In this document: in pieces, positions 1 through 12,255 of the stretch
How positions within the stretch are numbered: position 1 is the first letter of the stretch
How the letters are laid out: each line of letters opens with the position of its first letter
From: Mustelus asterias
Lineage: Eukaryota
Direction of reading: 5' to 3'
Assembly (NCBI RefSeq): GCF_964213995.1
Contig: NC_135821.1
Location: 78,492,001-78,556,000, forward strand
Length of the DNA stretch: 64,000 nt
The notes under the pieces: model-generated
Databases searched by the model: none
Told to the model about the DNA's origin: nothing
The model's input: the letters and a program-made list of their open reading frames with translations, nothing else
Made by a program: the position numbers and the translations under genes

Positions 1-558
1 CATAAAAATTGTACAGATTGTTTTTTCCGTTGGCCTGGAAATGAAGCAATCCACAGTGTTAGGACAGGGATATTCACTGCATTTGACAAGTCTGAGCATC
101 TTGTAGCCTTCATAAATCCAATAAAATAAACACATAAAGACAATTTCAAACGATATTTTGAAGAAAATGCTAACCAAGTAAGTTCGAAGAAGGGGGGCAT
201 CGATTTTTACTTTCTGCAAACCTGCATTCTGACTAAAGATTTTGATATTCTTCTTGCATTTTTTCCTTTGATAAATGTGCATACCAATGAGAAATGATGG
301 AATGGACACAAAGAGGAGCTGGAAAACCCACAGCCTGATGTGGGAGATGGGGAAGAAATGATCGTAGCACACATTCCTGCAACCAGGCTGCTGTGTGTTG
401 CACACAAAGTCACTCTGTTCATCTCCCCAGACAGTCTCAGCTGCCACCACCAAGACCAGGACACGGAAAATGAAAACGACAGAGAGCCAGACTTTCCCCA
501 ACGGTGTTGAGTATTTGTTCACGCCACCCAGCAGAGACTGAAGAGAATGCCAATCCAT
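1..558 (-). CDS. Beta-type connexin (gap junction protein) copy B, 3'-truncated by the window edge
   Basis: Hand translation from ATG at 558: [77 protein letters not shown]...[27 protein letters not shown]. Open for 186 codons to position 1. Absent from the ORF track because its stop lies outside the window. Splice acceptor (tgtttgttcctag) ends at 570. Confidence 0.95.
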   Translation of the reverse strand, partial: MDWHSLQSLLGGVNKYSTPLGKVWLSVVFIFRVLVLVVAAETVWGDEQSDFVCNTQQPGCRNVCYDHFFPISHIRLWVFQLLFVSIPSFLIGMHIYQRKKCKKNIKIFSQNAGLQKVKIDAPLLRTYLVSIFFKISFEIVFMCLFYWIYEGYKMLRLVKCSEYPCPNTVDCFISRPTEKTICTIFM

Positions 559-1409
559 TTTGGATCACCCTAGGAACAAACAGCACTCATTACTTTACTG
601 CACTTAGGAATCTGGTAGGAACATAGGAATTGCTAAAATAATAAGCTCCTACCAGTTCATCTGCTACCATCCTGTTAGTTGCATGACACAAGGATAATGG
701 AGGATTGAGTTATCACGACGCAACAATTAATCTACAACAGTTTCAGACATGAGGCGATACAGATCCCAGTGGAATATTTGAGCAACCATCAACCCAAAGT
801 CACTAGTTTCTCCTAAGCCTGCTAGATTTGCTTATGTCATGTCCCAATTTACTCATATACTCCATCCCCAAAATATCTGCTTCCCAAATTGCTGTAAATG
901 TGCATATTTTAAATATAAATATAAAACTGGCTGGTAAATAAAACCAAGAACAGAATGGATGCAAAATTGGGTGGGAATTTGATGTAACCCACCTCCCTCC
1001 TATTTTCTGATTAATGACACTAATTCTTGCATCTAACCTGGCATGTCTAAGTGCTATATTTTTAAAAAGCTGGTTTATGTGGCTGCTTATCAAAGTCTCG
1101 TGGTCTTTTCAAATGTGTTAGCATCAAAGCTAACATAGCAACAAAGAATATTCTGGAATTCCCTTCGGTAATTGGTCCTGTTGCTGCAAATTGAAGGGAG
1201 AAGGTGAAAGCCTGAAATTTCCCACATTGCAGTTCCTAATCACAGGAAGTAGTATGAAGTAAAGATGAGGCTTCTTACATGAGGGAGAACATCTGGAGAG
1301 AGAATGCGATAGCATTAGCTGTCTATACTCCCTGTTAGCTGACTAACAGATTATAGAACATCTGTAGAATGGTTGTTCCATCAATTCCAAATAAGAGATT
1401 TTTTAAAAA

Positions 1410-1677
1410 GTTAAAGTTTGTTTATTAGTCACAAGTAGGCTTACTGCGATGAAGCTACTGTGAAATTCCCCTTGTCGCCACTCTCTGGCACCTGTTCAGG
1501 CCAATGCAGCTAACCAGCACAGCTTTCAGACTGTGGGAGGAGACCAGAGCACCTGGAGGAAACCCACGTAGACACAGGGAGAACGTGCAAACTCCACACA
1601 GACAGTGAACCCTAACCGGGAATTGAACCCGGGTCCCTCGCGCTGTGAGGCAGCAGCGCTAACCACTGTGCCACCCC
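1410..1677 (-). mobile_element. tRNA-derived V-SINE with alternative (non-CR1) tail
   Basis: tRNA-like head, V-domain TGTGTGGAGTTTGCACGTTCTCCC, tail ending GTAAGCCTACTTGTGACTAATAAA. Similar copies at ~24284-24556(-), 27700-28000(-), 40125-40335(+), 52169-52435(+) and 63420-63697(+). Confidence 0.85.
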
Positions 1678-4229
1678 AGGTTTCAACTCTCAGTCGAAAG
1701 CTTCTATTGAACAAGACCAACAGGAACTCCACTTGGGATTAGAAGCAAACTGCTGGTGTATCAGCTGGAATTCAACAAAAATCTTTCATACCAAACCTCC
1801 AGAAACCAGGTTAAATACTCATTATATTAAATGTATATCCATTACTGTAAAGGAAAATAGCCATTTGTCCATCAAACCAGCACAGATCAGAACAAATTTA
1901 CAACATTGATCGATAATGCATAAATATCCATTCAAGTGAACCACAGTTTTATGCAATTTCTTTGGCAAAAATAAAACAAAAATGCACCAATGTTTGTCCT
2001 CAGAAACCTTTCTCAATGAAAACTGACTTTCATCCCAACAAATTAAATCACAGCACAGGTAAACAGCAGTATTCTTTTAAAAGTAGCATGGAATTGGACA
2101 CAAGCATAGTTAAATAAATCTAAGGATTGAAATGAACAAATTCCGGTCATTTCTACAGATTTGACACCAATTCCTGGGCCACGGCTAGCACCTGACTACT
2201 GACTAATTCCCTGAGTATTTGTTGCATCAAAAGTTAACATATATCTTGCTCCTAAGAAGTTCACAAAAGCTATTGAATGTAAAAGTTTAGTGTTATAAAG
2301 ATCCTATGGAAATCATTGAATACAATCTTGCTATGTTTATAACTCAGCCCACCGTTGCCCTCACTCCATGGGTGGTATTTAATTGAGGCAATGGGGCTTT
2401 TGCCCACTGTCTGGAAGACCGGCAGAAGACCATCTCCCCCGCTGCAACACCACTTTGAGAAAGGCTGCCAGAATGAAGCGTCAAACAGGCCCTTGAGTGG
2501 CCGGCGAACAGCCTTCCTCAGGATCAAGGACTCCAAGGAAGGAAATCCCACACTTTTGACAACTTTTGGCCAGAGGCTGGTTTTATCATTCGTTTTATTT
2601 ACTCTTTTGATAGGAGGTGGTGATCACTGGTAAGGCCAGAATTTGCTCCCATCCCTAATCACCTTTCAACTGAGAGACTGCCATTTCTGAGGGCAGTTTA
2701 GAGTCTCAGAATCTGGAATCGTGCGTAGGCCCGAGTGGGTAAGGATATTTCCTTCCCTGAAAGACATTAGTGAACCAGATGGGTTTTTACAACAATCAAT
2801 GATATTGTTTCCTTTACAGGAGGCTAACTTTATATTCCTGTTTTATTAATTAAGTTTAAATTCCACCAGCTGCCATGGTAGCATTTGAACCCGCGACTCA
2901 AAGCATTAACCGGGATCCCTGAATTAGCAATCATTACTACTACACCACTGACTCATCCCACACTGCGGGCAGTGCCAACTGGACCAGTAGCAGCTGCTAG
3001 TAATGTGCCCAGGGGGGAGGCCTATGATCATCAAGGGGATGAGACCAAAGCTGAGTGCGGGTGGGATAGGGGTCACGGGGCGAGGTTCACAGGAGGTGGG
3101 ATGAAGGAGGTTGGCAGCAAGCATGCGATGGTGGTTCTCAGCCCGTTTGCCAGTGCCAGGTCCCTCAATCGAGGAACAGAGTACCTTTGAATGAGAGACT
3201 CGCTCCTGGGAGTCTGCAAACAAATGCAGCAGGATTTTGCTTTCTGTGCTCATTGCATAACGAGACCCTGCCTCACTGGAAGCCAGCGATGGCATAAGAT
3301 CCTTCAGTGGGCAATAATTGGAACAGGGTGGGAAGGCTGTCAGCCTTTTTGCCATGGATTTAAGGCAGGGCTGGAAGGCGGGTCCGGTATCCACCCTGCA
3401 GCTTCTAATATGACAAAATCATCCTCCCCCCCCCCCTCCCCCACCCCACTCCAAACCCACCTCAGGGGAAGGGCAGTAAATGTTGCCCCTTTAGATCCAA
3501 ATTCAAATATCATCCAGGCCACAGTTTAATTTAAATAAAAGCAGTTTATTACAACATATCATCATCTTTATAGCACTAGGTACAGAATTACATTCCTAAA
3601 AAGTTACTGTGCTGTTGCAATCCCAACAAACATAACAGTTGTGTTGTATATTCCCATTATATCCAGGAGTTAAAGTCTTTCAGTTTCTTCGCTCAATATC
3701 CAGACTGCCCTCAGAATAATGGAGAGGAAACACTCTGGATCTATTCCCCAGATGAAAGAAGGATAAAGAAAATCTGTAAACCTATTCATAAATAGTCAAT
3801 CGAAAAACAAACCTAAATGGAAAATAGAATTCATCTTTTCACAATCTGCAATGTAATCTTTTATTATCTGTTGTTCACTTTTCAATGATCATTCATTACA
3901 CAAGTGCTAAGGCAAGCATACCAAGGGGAAAGGTTCTAGTTACACTTCTTGAACTTTTCACATTTCACTGTTAAAGATACTTTAATATTGAAGGAATGTC
4001 AATAGCAGCAAATCTACAGCATTCCACCATTGGCGGTACATTTTACATGAAAGACCTCCGAAGCTCTGGAGATCTAAAAGAGATGCAGACCCAGATTTCC
4101 AGCAGGGATCCACATAGGAGTGAAACGTAAGCAGCCAGATTCCCACATCAGCTGTGCAAAACCATAGTTGTCAGATTGTATGTGAAGTGGCATCAAGAAA
4201 TATGATAAACGAGAAAGAGTGGTACATAG

Positions 4230-4998
4230 ACCATAGACCATTAAATGGTAAAAAATTGCAGCATGCTGCTGTGCAGAGGGACCTGGGTGTCCTTGTGCAA
4301 GAATCACAAGGAGTTGGTTTGCAGGTGCAGCAGTTAATTAAGAAGGCAAATTGAATTTTGTCCTTCATTGCTAGAGGGATGGAGTTTAAAAACAGCGAGG
4401 TCATATTGCAGCTGTATAAGGTGCTGGTGAGGCCACACCTAGAGTACTGTGTACAGTTTTGGTCTCCTTACTTGAGAAAGGATATACTGGCATTGGAGGG
4501 GGTGCAGAGGGGATTCACTAGGTTGATTCCGGAGTTGAGAGGGTTGGCTCATGAGGAGAAACTGAGTAGACTGGGGCTACACTCATTGGAATTCAGAAGA
4601 ATGAGGGGAGATCTATAGAAATATATAAGATTATGAAGGGAATAGATAAGATAGAAGCAGGGAAGTTGTTTCCACTGGCAGGTGAAACTAGAACTAGGGG
4701 GCATGGCCTCAAAATAAGGGGAAGCAGATTTAGGACTGAGTTGAGGAGGAACTTCGTCACACAAAGGGTTGTGAATCTGTGGAATTCCCTGCCCAGTGAA
4801 GCAGTTGAGGCTACCTCATTGAATGTCTTTAAGGCAAGGATAGATACATTTTTGAACAGTAAAGGAATTAAGGATTATGGTGAGTGGGTGGGTAAGTGGA
4901 GCTAAGTCCACGAAAAGATCAGCCATGATCTTATTGAATGGCGGAGCAGGCTCGAGGGGCCAGATGCCTCCTCCTGCTCCTAGTTCTTATGTTCTTAT
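4230..4998 (+). mobile_element. CR1 LINE 3' fragment (C-terminal ORF2 and tail)
   Basis: Broken ORFs with [19 protein letters not shown] and FVTQRVVNLWNSLP; (TTCTTATG)-type tail. Confidence 0.92.
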
Positions 4999-5083
4999 AG
5001 ACGTTATGGGCCAACGTGTGAGCGTGCTCCATGGACTGCCAATGGCAGGTCCCACTCCTTTACACATCAATCTTTGCTCATTT

Positions 5084-5436
5084 GGGGCGGCACGGTAGCA
5101 CAGTGGTTAGCACTGCTGCTTCACAGCTCCAGGGTCCTGGGTTCGATTCCCGGCTCGGGTCACTGTCTGTGTGGAGTTTGCACATTCTCCTCGTGTCTGC
5201 ATGGGTTTCCTCCGGGTGCTCCGGTTTCCTCCCACAGTCCAAAGATGTGCGGGTTAGGTTGATTGGCCAGGTTAAAAAAAAAAATTGCCCCTTAGAGTCC
5301 TAAGATGTGTAGGTTAGAGGGATTAGTGGGTAAATATGTGGGGGTAGGGCCTGGGTGGGATTGTGGTCGGTGCAGACTCGATGGGCCGAATGGCCTCCTT
5401 CTGCACTGTAGGGTTTCTATGATTTCTATGATTTCA
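5084..5436 (+). mobile_element. HE1-type V-SINE with CR1-derived tail
   Basis: GGGCGGCACGGTAGCACAGTGGTTAGCACTGCTG head with A/B boxes, V-domain, tail GGCCGAATGGCCTCCTTCTGCACTGTAGGG(TTTCTATGA)n. Further copies at ~9050-9378(+), 26228-26582(+), 26596-26924(+), 29310-29630(-), 43943-44293(+) and 49953-50290(-). Confidence 0.92.
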
Positions 5437-5870
5437 TTTACATGAACTTCAACCAACTCCCAATTATCAAGCATTTTAGACTCAATTGTATAGTTTTGTA
5501 TAAAATATTTCACTTAATCTAATTCTTTGATACCCTGACATCCGTCTTCTACTCAAAACATGGGGCTTCTAATCTGCTTCAGGTTCCTTATCTTCTCTGT
5601 GCGAATCATATTATTTATAATCCTTCTTTGGTATATTTGATAGAGGTTACATTCCCAGAGGTCTACATAGCATTACTAAAAAAAAGGTAGTGATTACGTG
5701 CTCACAAATGTCTAACATGTAACAGTAACAAATGGAATAATCTGAAATAAAAAGAATGCATAAAAGGTGCAAGTTCATCATTTCTTCCTGAAAATATAAC
5801 ATTGCAAAGTCACACAATGAAATATGTACAAATTGTATAATTCTAACTAATTCACAGATCAATGTTTTTT

Positions 5871-6647
5871 TTAACATATAGAAGTGTGATCTGAACTGCT
5901 GGATTGGTCATCATCAAATTTTGCTATGCTGATGTTTGAGGATTTAAGTGCAACTGTTGTTCTTTTGTCCTGTTCATTGCTTTCCGTTGCGGAAGCCAAG
6001 CTTCGCTTCCAATGCATAATGCAGTACTTTACAGACAAATAGCACAATTCAGCAATATTTAGCAAGATGCACACAGCTGAAGTCACTAACATAAAAACAG
6101 TAAAAACTGTTTTTTCCGTTGGCCTGGAAATGAAGCAATCCACAGTGTTAGGACAGGGATATTCACTGCATTTGACAAGTCTGAGCATCTTGTAGCCTTC
6201 ATAAATCCAATAAAATAAATACATAAAGACAACTTCAAACGACATTTTGAAGAAAATGCTAACCAAGTAAGTTCGAAGAAGGGGGGCATCGATTTTTACT
6301 TTCTGCAAACCTGCATTCTGACTAAAGATTTTGATATTCTTCTTGCATTTTTTCCTTTGATAAATGTGCATACCAATGAGAAATGATGGAATGGACACAA
6401 AGAGGAGCTGGAAAACCCACAGCCTGATGTGGGAGATGGGGAAGAAATGATCGTAGCACACATTCCTGCAACCAGGCTGCTGTGTGTTGCACACAAAGTC
6501 ACTCTGTTCATCTCCCCAGACAGTCTCAGCTGCCACCACCAAGATCAAGATACGGAAAATGAATATGACTGCGATCCATACTTTCCCCAGGGACGTTGAA
6601 TATTTGTTGACCCCATTCAGCAGAGAATGAAGGAAATACCATCCCAT
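5871..6647 (-). CDS. Beta-type connexin copy A, 258 aa, single coding exon
   Basis: [18 protein letters not shown]1 C-x6-C-x3-C, EL2 C-x4-C-x5-C and FISRPTEK motifs. Short cytoplasmic loop and tail, as in the beta class. Acceptor (tgtttatttctag) ends at 6659, 11 nt before the ATG. Exact GJB orthology cannot be resolved by eye. Confidence 0.96.
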   Translation of the reverse strand: MGWYFLHSLLNGVNKYSTSLGKVWIAVIFIFRILILVVAAETVWGDEQSDFVCNTQQPGCRNVCYDHFFPISHIRLWVFQLLFVSIPSFLIGMHIYQRKKCKKNIKIFSQNAGLQKVKIDAPLLRTYLVSIFFKMSFEVVFMYLFYWIYEGYKMLRLVKCSEYPCPNTVDCFISRPTEKTVFTVFMLVTSAVCILLNIAELCYLSVKYCIMHWKRSLASATESNEQDKRTTVALKSSNISIAKFDDDQSSSSDHTSIC

Positions 6648-7669
6648 TCTTGATCAGTCTAGAAATAAACAGCACCGGTTACTTTACTACAGCAGGAAGT
6701 CTAGAATTTATCTACTGATCATTTAAAATTTTGCACATCCGCGCACTTCCTGGTCAACTTCTAGTGATGATTTTTGGCCACACATTTATGTCAGTATTCA
6801 GCAGTGAAGCTACCACGTCTAACATTTACAACAGAAATCCTGTATGCAAACAGTTTACTGTCACAATGTTGCTGCAGACTCTGGCTGGTAGGTCGCACTG
6901 TGGAACACATTTCTTTAAATCATGGCTACTGCCTGTGGTCTGTTGACCGGTGAATCATTCTGTTGACAGTATGAAGATGAAGATCATGCCCAAAGCTTTC
7001 TGCATTGTGAATTTCCGATTTCTATAGGAACTAACAAATGCCTCTGCAGGAAAATGTGGATGTTATTTACATGGACAGAGGTTAGAAAGGGAGCAGAGAG
7101 ATGAGAGTCATGTCTTCAACCGTATTCTCTCAACATCTCCTGCTACACCATCTTGTTAGGATTGTGAGTAAACTGCTCTCTTTATCAGTGAGAGGTTTGA
7201 GCACAAAATCTGAGTAAGAAAATAAAGGTAATATTCTCTGTAAGTACCCGAAAGACATCTGTAGCATAAAAATTACAACTGTTAGCTGGAACATAACTCA
7301 GTCCGAATATATACCTGGTCTCTATTTAATATGTCTATCTCTCTTTAACTTTCACAGTTCTTCCCTCAGGAATCTATGATTATTTTAGCATAATTCACAA
7401 TGCAAAAATATATTTATCTTTCCAGCGTCGTACTCCTGCAGCTGATAATTTTTGCTGGGTATTTGTCCATAGGAAAATTGGCACCCCCCAGTTCCATACC
7501 CAAATGATCATTTCCCATGTACGCATCAGCAAACTGTTTGATTTGTGCAGTCAAATCAGCACAAGATTGTGAATTTTCTGTACAATGTTATCATTATATT
7601 TAATTTTAAAGACAAGGTAAATAACTGTTTAAATGATACAAGCAGCAACAAATTCATTGTGATGTTTCC

Positions 7670-8345
7670 TATTTTAAAAGATGGTGTAGTGTGACTTTGT
7701 TCTTGAGAAGGTGGTGGTGAGCTGCCTTGAACTGCTTCAGTCCCTAAGGTTTGGTACATCCACAGGTGTAGAGAAGGAGTTCCAGGGTTTAGACCCAGCG
7801 ACAGCGAAGGGACAGTGATATATTTCCAAGTCAGGATGGTGAGTGACTTGGAGGGGAACTTGCAGGTGATGGTGTTCCCATGTGTCTGCTGACATTGTCC
7901 TTCTAGATGGTAGCAGCCCTGGGTTTTGGAAGGTGGTGTCTAAGGAGCCTTGTTGAGCTCTTGTAGAGTCACAGAGATATACAGCGTGGAAAAAGGCCCT
8001 TCGGCCCAACTTGTCCATGCCGATCAGGTTTCCAAAATTGGTATACACTGCTGCTACTGTGTGGTGGAGGGAGTGAATGTTTGTGGAAGAGGTGTAAGTC
8101 AAGTGAACTGCTTTGTCCTGAATAATGTCAAGCTCCTTGAGTGTTGTTGGAGCTGCACTCATCCAGGCAAGTGGGAAGTATTCCATCACACTCCTGACCT
8201 GTGCCTTGTAGATGGTGGACAGGCTTTGGTGAGTCAGGAGGTGAATTACTCTCTGCAGGATTCCTAGCCCCTGCCCTGATCTTGTAGCCACAGTATTCAT
8301 ATAGCTAGTCCAGTTCAGTTTCTGGTCAATGGTTATCCCCAGAAT
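7670..8345 (-). mobile_element. CR1/L2-group LINE 3' fragment with a small nested CR1 tail (~7962-8040)
   Basis: IYKAQVRSVMEYFPLAWMSAAPTTL RT-thumb-like peptide. A related decayed fragment lies at ~61040-62040(-). Confidence 0.75.
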
Positions 8346-9627
8346 ATTTGTTTTTCCAAAGTCTTCAAAATTGAATAATACTCAAAATAAAGGTAAAAAC
8401 TTTAATCACATGGAGTTTCCAGGTGATGCCAGGTATCTGTATCTGTGCAGGGCACTGAGCTAGGTTAAGCTAATAACAACACAATGTTGCTCGTTGCACG
8501 AGGATTGACAAATTATTGATTAAAAAGTACAAAAAATTAAAAACTTTTTTAAAAAGGCTGTGCTGTTATCCTAATTCTGTTTTGAATTTTGACCTAGAGC
8601 CTGTCAAATGTTAAAAGAAGATAATTTTTGACATGCAAATTAAAATCCAGCTGTTGTGCAAGATTCCACTGTGAACAAACTGGTTGCACATATAGAAACA
8701 TAGAAACATGGAAGATAGGAGCAGGAGGAGGCCATTCAGCCCTTCGAGCCTGCTCCGCCATTCATTACGATCATGGCTGATCGTCCAACTCAAAAGCCTA
8801 ATCCTGCTTTCTCCCCATAACCTTTGATCCCATTTGCCTCAAGTGCTATATCCAGCCGCCTCTTGAATACATTCAATGGTGCACGAATATCTCTAACAGT
8901 AACTCTATATTATAACAGTGTCTCAATATTCTAACAGTGGGTGCAAATATTCATTTCAAATTTTTTTGGACAGTCCAAGATTGAAAAAATCCACCAAATA
9001 AAACCAGCTTCATTTATATTTGAAAATGAATAGCAATCTGTTCATTTGAAGGGCGACACAGTGGCAGAGTGCTTAGCACTGCTGCCTCACAGAGCCAGGG
9101 ACCCGGGTTCAATTCCAGGCTTGGGTCACTGTCTGTGTAGAGTTTGCACATTCTCCCCGTGTCTGCGTGGGTTTCCTCCAGATGCTTCGATTTCCACCCA
9201 CAGTCCAAAGATGTGCAGGCAGGTTGATTGGCCATGCTAAATTGCCTCTTAGTGTCAGGGGGACAAGCCAGGGTAAATGCACAGGGTTATGGGAATAGGG
9301 CCTGGGTGGGAATGTGGTCGGTGCCGATTTGATGGGCCAAATGGCCTCCTTCTGCACTGTAGGGATTCTATGAACTATGAATTTCTCAAATTAATTCCTT
9401 CTGATCACTCATTACATGAAACAACTACATCTGTACTTCAACACACCTCGGTCAATGCAGCATAACTATTATAACAGATAATAACTAATTTCTGATAGAA
9501 TTAGATGTTTATCAGGAAACTGGATTGCTGTTTTTCTTTTCTCAAGATTGTATTTGAATCAAAAATAAAAATGGCTAGGCAAAATATGTTATTAAACACT
9601 GACTCCTGAACAGTTCAAATCTAAATA

Positions 9628-10305
9628 ACAAAGAACAAAGAACAAAGAACAATACAGCACAGGAACAGGCCCTTCGGCCCTCCAAGCCCGCGCCGCTCCC
9701 CGGTCCAGGATTGAATCCTGAATCCAGGATCCCCGCCCAATTTTCCAGCCTATCTACATACCAATATCCTATCCACCGAGCTGTCCCTCACAGCTACGAT
9801 GCTTTGTTCATTACAACCTATTAACTTACCCCCACCCCCCCATTCCAGACCATGTGATCTCCAGGGAGAGGCGAAAACCCAGAGTGAAAACCCCAGGGCC
9901 AATATGGGGAAAAGAAATCTGGGAAATTCCTCTCCGACCCCCTGAGGCGATCGAAACGAGTCCAGGAGATCACAATGGCCCCGATCGGAAAATGCTTCCC
10001 AACCCTAGTCATTTCCACTTCCACGAATACCATATGAATTCCCTGCCCCCGAGACAGGTTCCCAACTATCCGCAGTCTCACTCTGTACTGGCACCAGCAA
10101 GATGATCATAGAATGAAGCCTTGAAACGAGAAACCAGGAACAATTAGCCCGCGCCGCTCCCTGGTCCAAACTAGACCACTCTTTTGTATCCCTCCATTCC
10201 CACTCCGTTCATATAGCTGTCTAGATAAGTCTTAAACATTCTCAGTGTGTCCGCCTCCACCACCTTGCCCGGCAACACATTCCAGGCCCCCACGACCCTC
10301 TGTGT
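9628..10305 (-). mobile_element. Young CR1 3' end with long 3' UTR
   Basis: (AACAAAG)n tail on +. 10146-10305 is nearly identical to the CR1 at ~31072-31230. Carries an extra 461-bp UTR module. Confidence 0.9.
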
Positions 10306-11163
10306 TCAGCAAAAATGTTCAGCAAAAAACTGCAATTTTTAAAAAGATTATCTAAACAGCCTTCTGTGATGCACCACAGAAATGCAGTAATCCCCTGTCC
10401 TGCCAAGGGCTATATTCATATTAAAAGCTAAACATATGTAGTAGGCGCATGTGTGTGAATACAACTTCAGCTTATGCCAAGATTCCCATATTCAACATTC
10501 AGGCAAGGACGTGTTTCCATGGACTGCTTCTGCCCACCTACTTGGGACAGATCACCTGGGATCAGCAGTGCAACATGGAAGATATTGTGGTTTGAGAAAA
10601 CTATAAAGGGACAAAACTAACAATAATCATAGAAGCAAAAGAAAAAAAAATGATTTAAGAAAACTAAAGAAAAATAGATGACTAATAATAATAATCAGTT
10701 AAATAAAGCAAAAAAAACCTTTAACAGTGCATTGTGTCTATTTAAACTGTCTTCCAAATAGCTTTCAATTTTTTCACAACTTTAATGGATAATTTTGTGT
10801 CGTAGCAAGTTCCATATTCTCATCACTCTCTGGGTAAAAAGGTTTCTCTTGAATTCACTATTGGATTTATTGGCAACTGTCATTTATTTATGACCCTTAC
10901 TGTTGGTTCCCCACACAAATGGAAATATATTCTCTACATTTACGCGATCAGACAGACCCCTTAAAGACCTCAATCAGGTCACCCCCTCAGTCTGCTCTCC
11001 TCGCGAGAAAAGTGTCTCAGCTTGTTTAACCTCTCTCTTCAGTACTGGTGTCAAATTGCAAATGTTTTCAAAAAGATGATTAAAGGCAAACATTTCTTTC
11101 TATAAATAGATGAATGATGCTTTTTATCTATAAGACACTTGTCTTAAAATAAATTCAACTTAC

Positions 11164-11349
11164 CTTGTTCTAAATTTAGAATTATTTCACAGGAGAAAGT
11201 ATTGTGTGAAAACAGCGTCCGCAATAACCCAGGCTGATATCCAGACCGAATCCAGGGAGCTTTCTCCAATGTGCCTATAATCAGAAGCAGAATCAACTTG
11301 GATAAAACCCAAAGAAGCAAATTACAAATGAAGAATGTAGGTGGACCGG
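11164..11349 (-). other. Candidate non-coding 5' leader exon of the connexin locus (copy L1)
   Basis: Consensus donor AAG|GTAAGT (exon end 11164). Candidate acceptors put the exon start at 11349 or 11296. No ATG inside. All sites are retained in the paralogous copy L2. Confidence 0.5.
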
Positions 11350-12067
11350 CTATAAAGGAACATTGTTCCTCTTAATGTTCTTCTATTGTTCCTCCAAAGC
11401 TACAAAGACATCATTCTACACTAATTTCCTCTTCCCTGCATTCTCACTGTACAAACTCAGGATTTGTCTCCAACCCTAACTCATTCTTTCACAAGGACTT
11501 CAAACTGCAGAATTCCTGGATTCCTTCTTCTGCATGGAGATTTTCCAAATCCAAACTTGCGGTAGCTTGTTGTTTAGATCTCTCAATTACATGGACATTC
11601 GTTCCATGTAGGTCGGAGCCAGTACTCTTTATGTAATCCTATTAGCACGATGTTCAACTCCTTTCTCCAGTACTTAGCCAGCCTTCCCTCAAATTATTCT
11701 CTACTATTTGCCTTAACCACTCCCTATTAGTGAATTCCACGCATAAAGAAATTTCACCTGAATTCCCAATAGATTCATTAGCAACACCCATATATTTATG
11801 ACCTTTAGTTTTTGCTTCCCCATAATTGAAAATATCTTCTCAGTTTTTCGCTATCCAAACACTTCTTAACTTTAAAAGATCCTTTGTCTTCACTTTTCAA
11901 GAGATAATCTTCCCTGATAATTATAACCTCTCAGTTCTGGTATTGTATTTGGAGATCATTTTTAAAAAGATGTTTAAAGGCAAAAATTTATGGGAAAATT
12001 CCATATCTAGATGGATTGCATTTTTAAATCTACAAGAATCACAGGGCATAAAATAAATTCAGCTTAC

Positions 12068-12255
12068 CTTAAGGTACTAAGGTTAAAATTACAGTTTCAC
12101 TGTGGAAAGTACTGAGTAAAAACACCACTTGTAATATTCCAGGCTAATATCTAGACTGAAGCCTTCTTTGCCAAATGTGCCGACGATCAGCTGCAGAACC
12201 AGCTGAAATAAAAAAACAAAGAGACATCCACAAATGCAGAATGTAGATGGACCGG
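12068..12255 (-). other. Candidate non-coding 5' leader exon (copy L2)
   Basis: Donor AAG|GTAAGC (exon end 12068). Candidate acceptors ttctcctatag (start 12255) or tttttttatttcag (start 12202). Clearly homologous to L1. Confidence 0.5.

Noticed and set aside
5031-5303. Recurring ORFs such as MVSTAASQLQGPGFDSRLG / MAQWLALLPHS
   Set aside because: Translations of SINE sequence, not genes.
11164-11349. One frame of candidate exon L1 is open across 186 nt and hydrophobic
   Set aside because: The frame is not preserved in paralogue L2 (indel and stop) and has no ATG; treated as non-coding.
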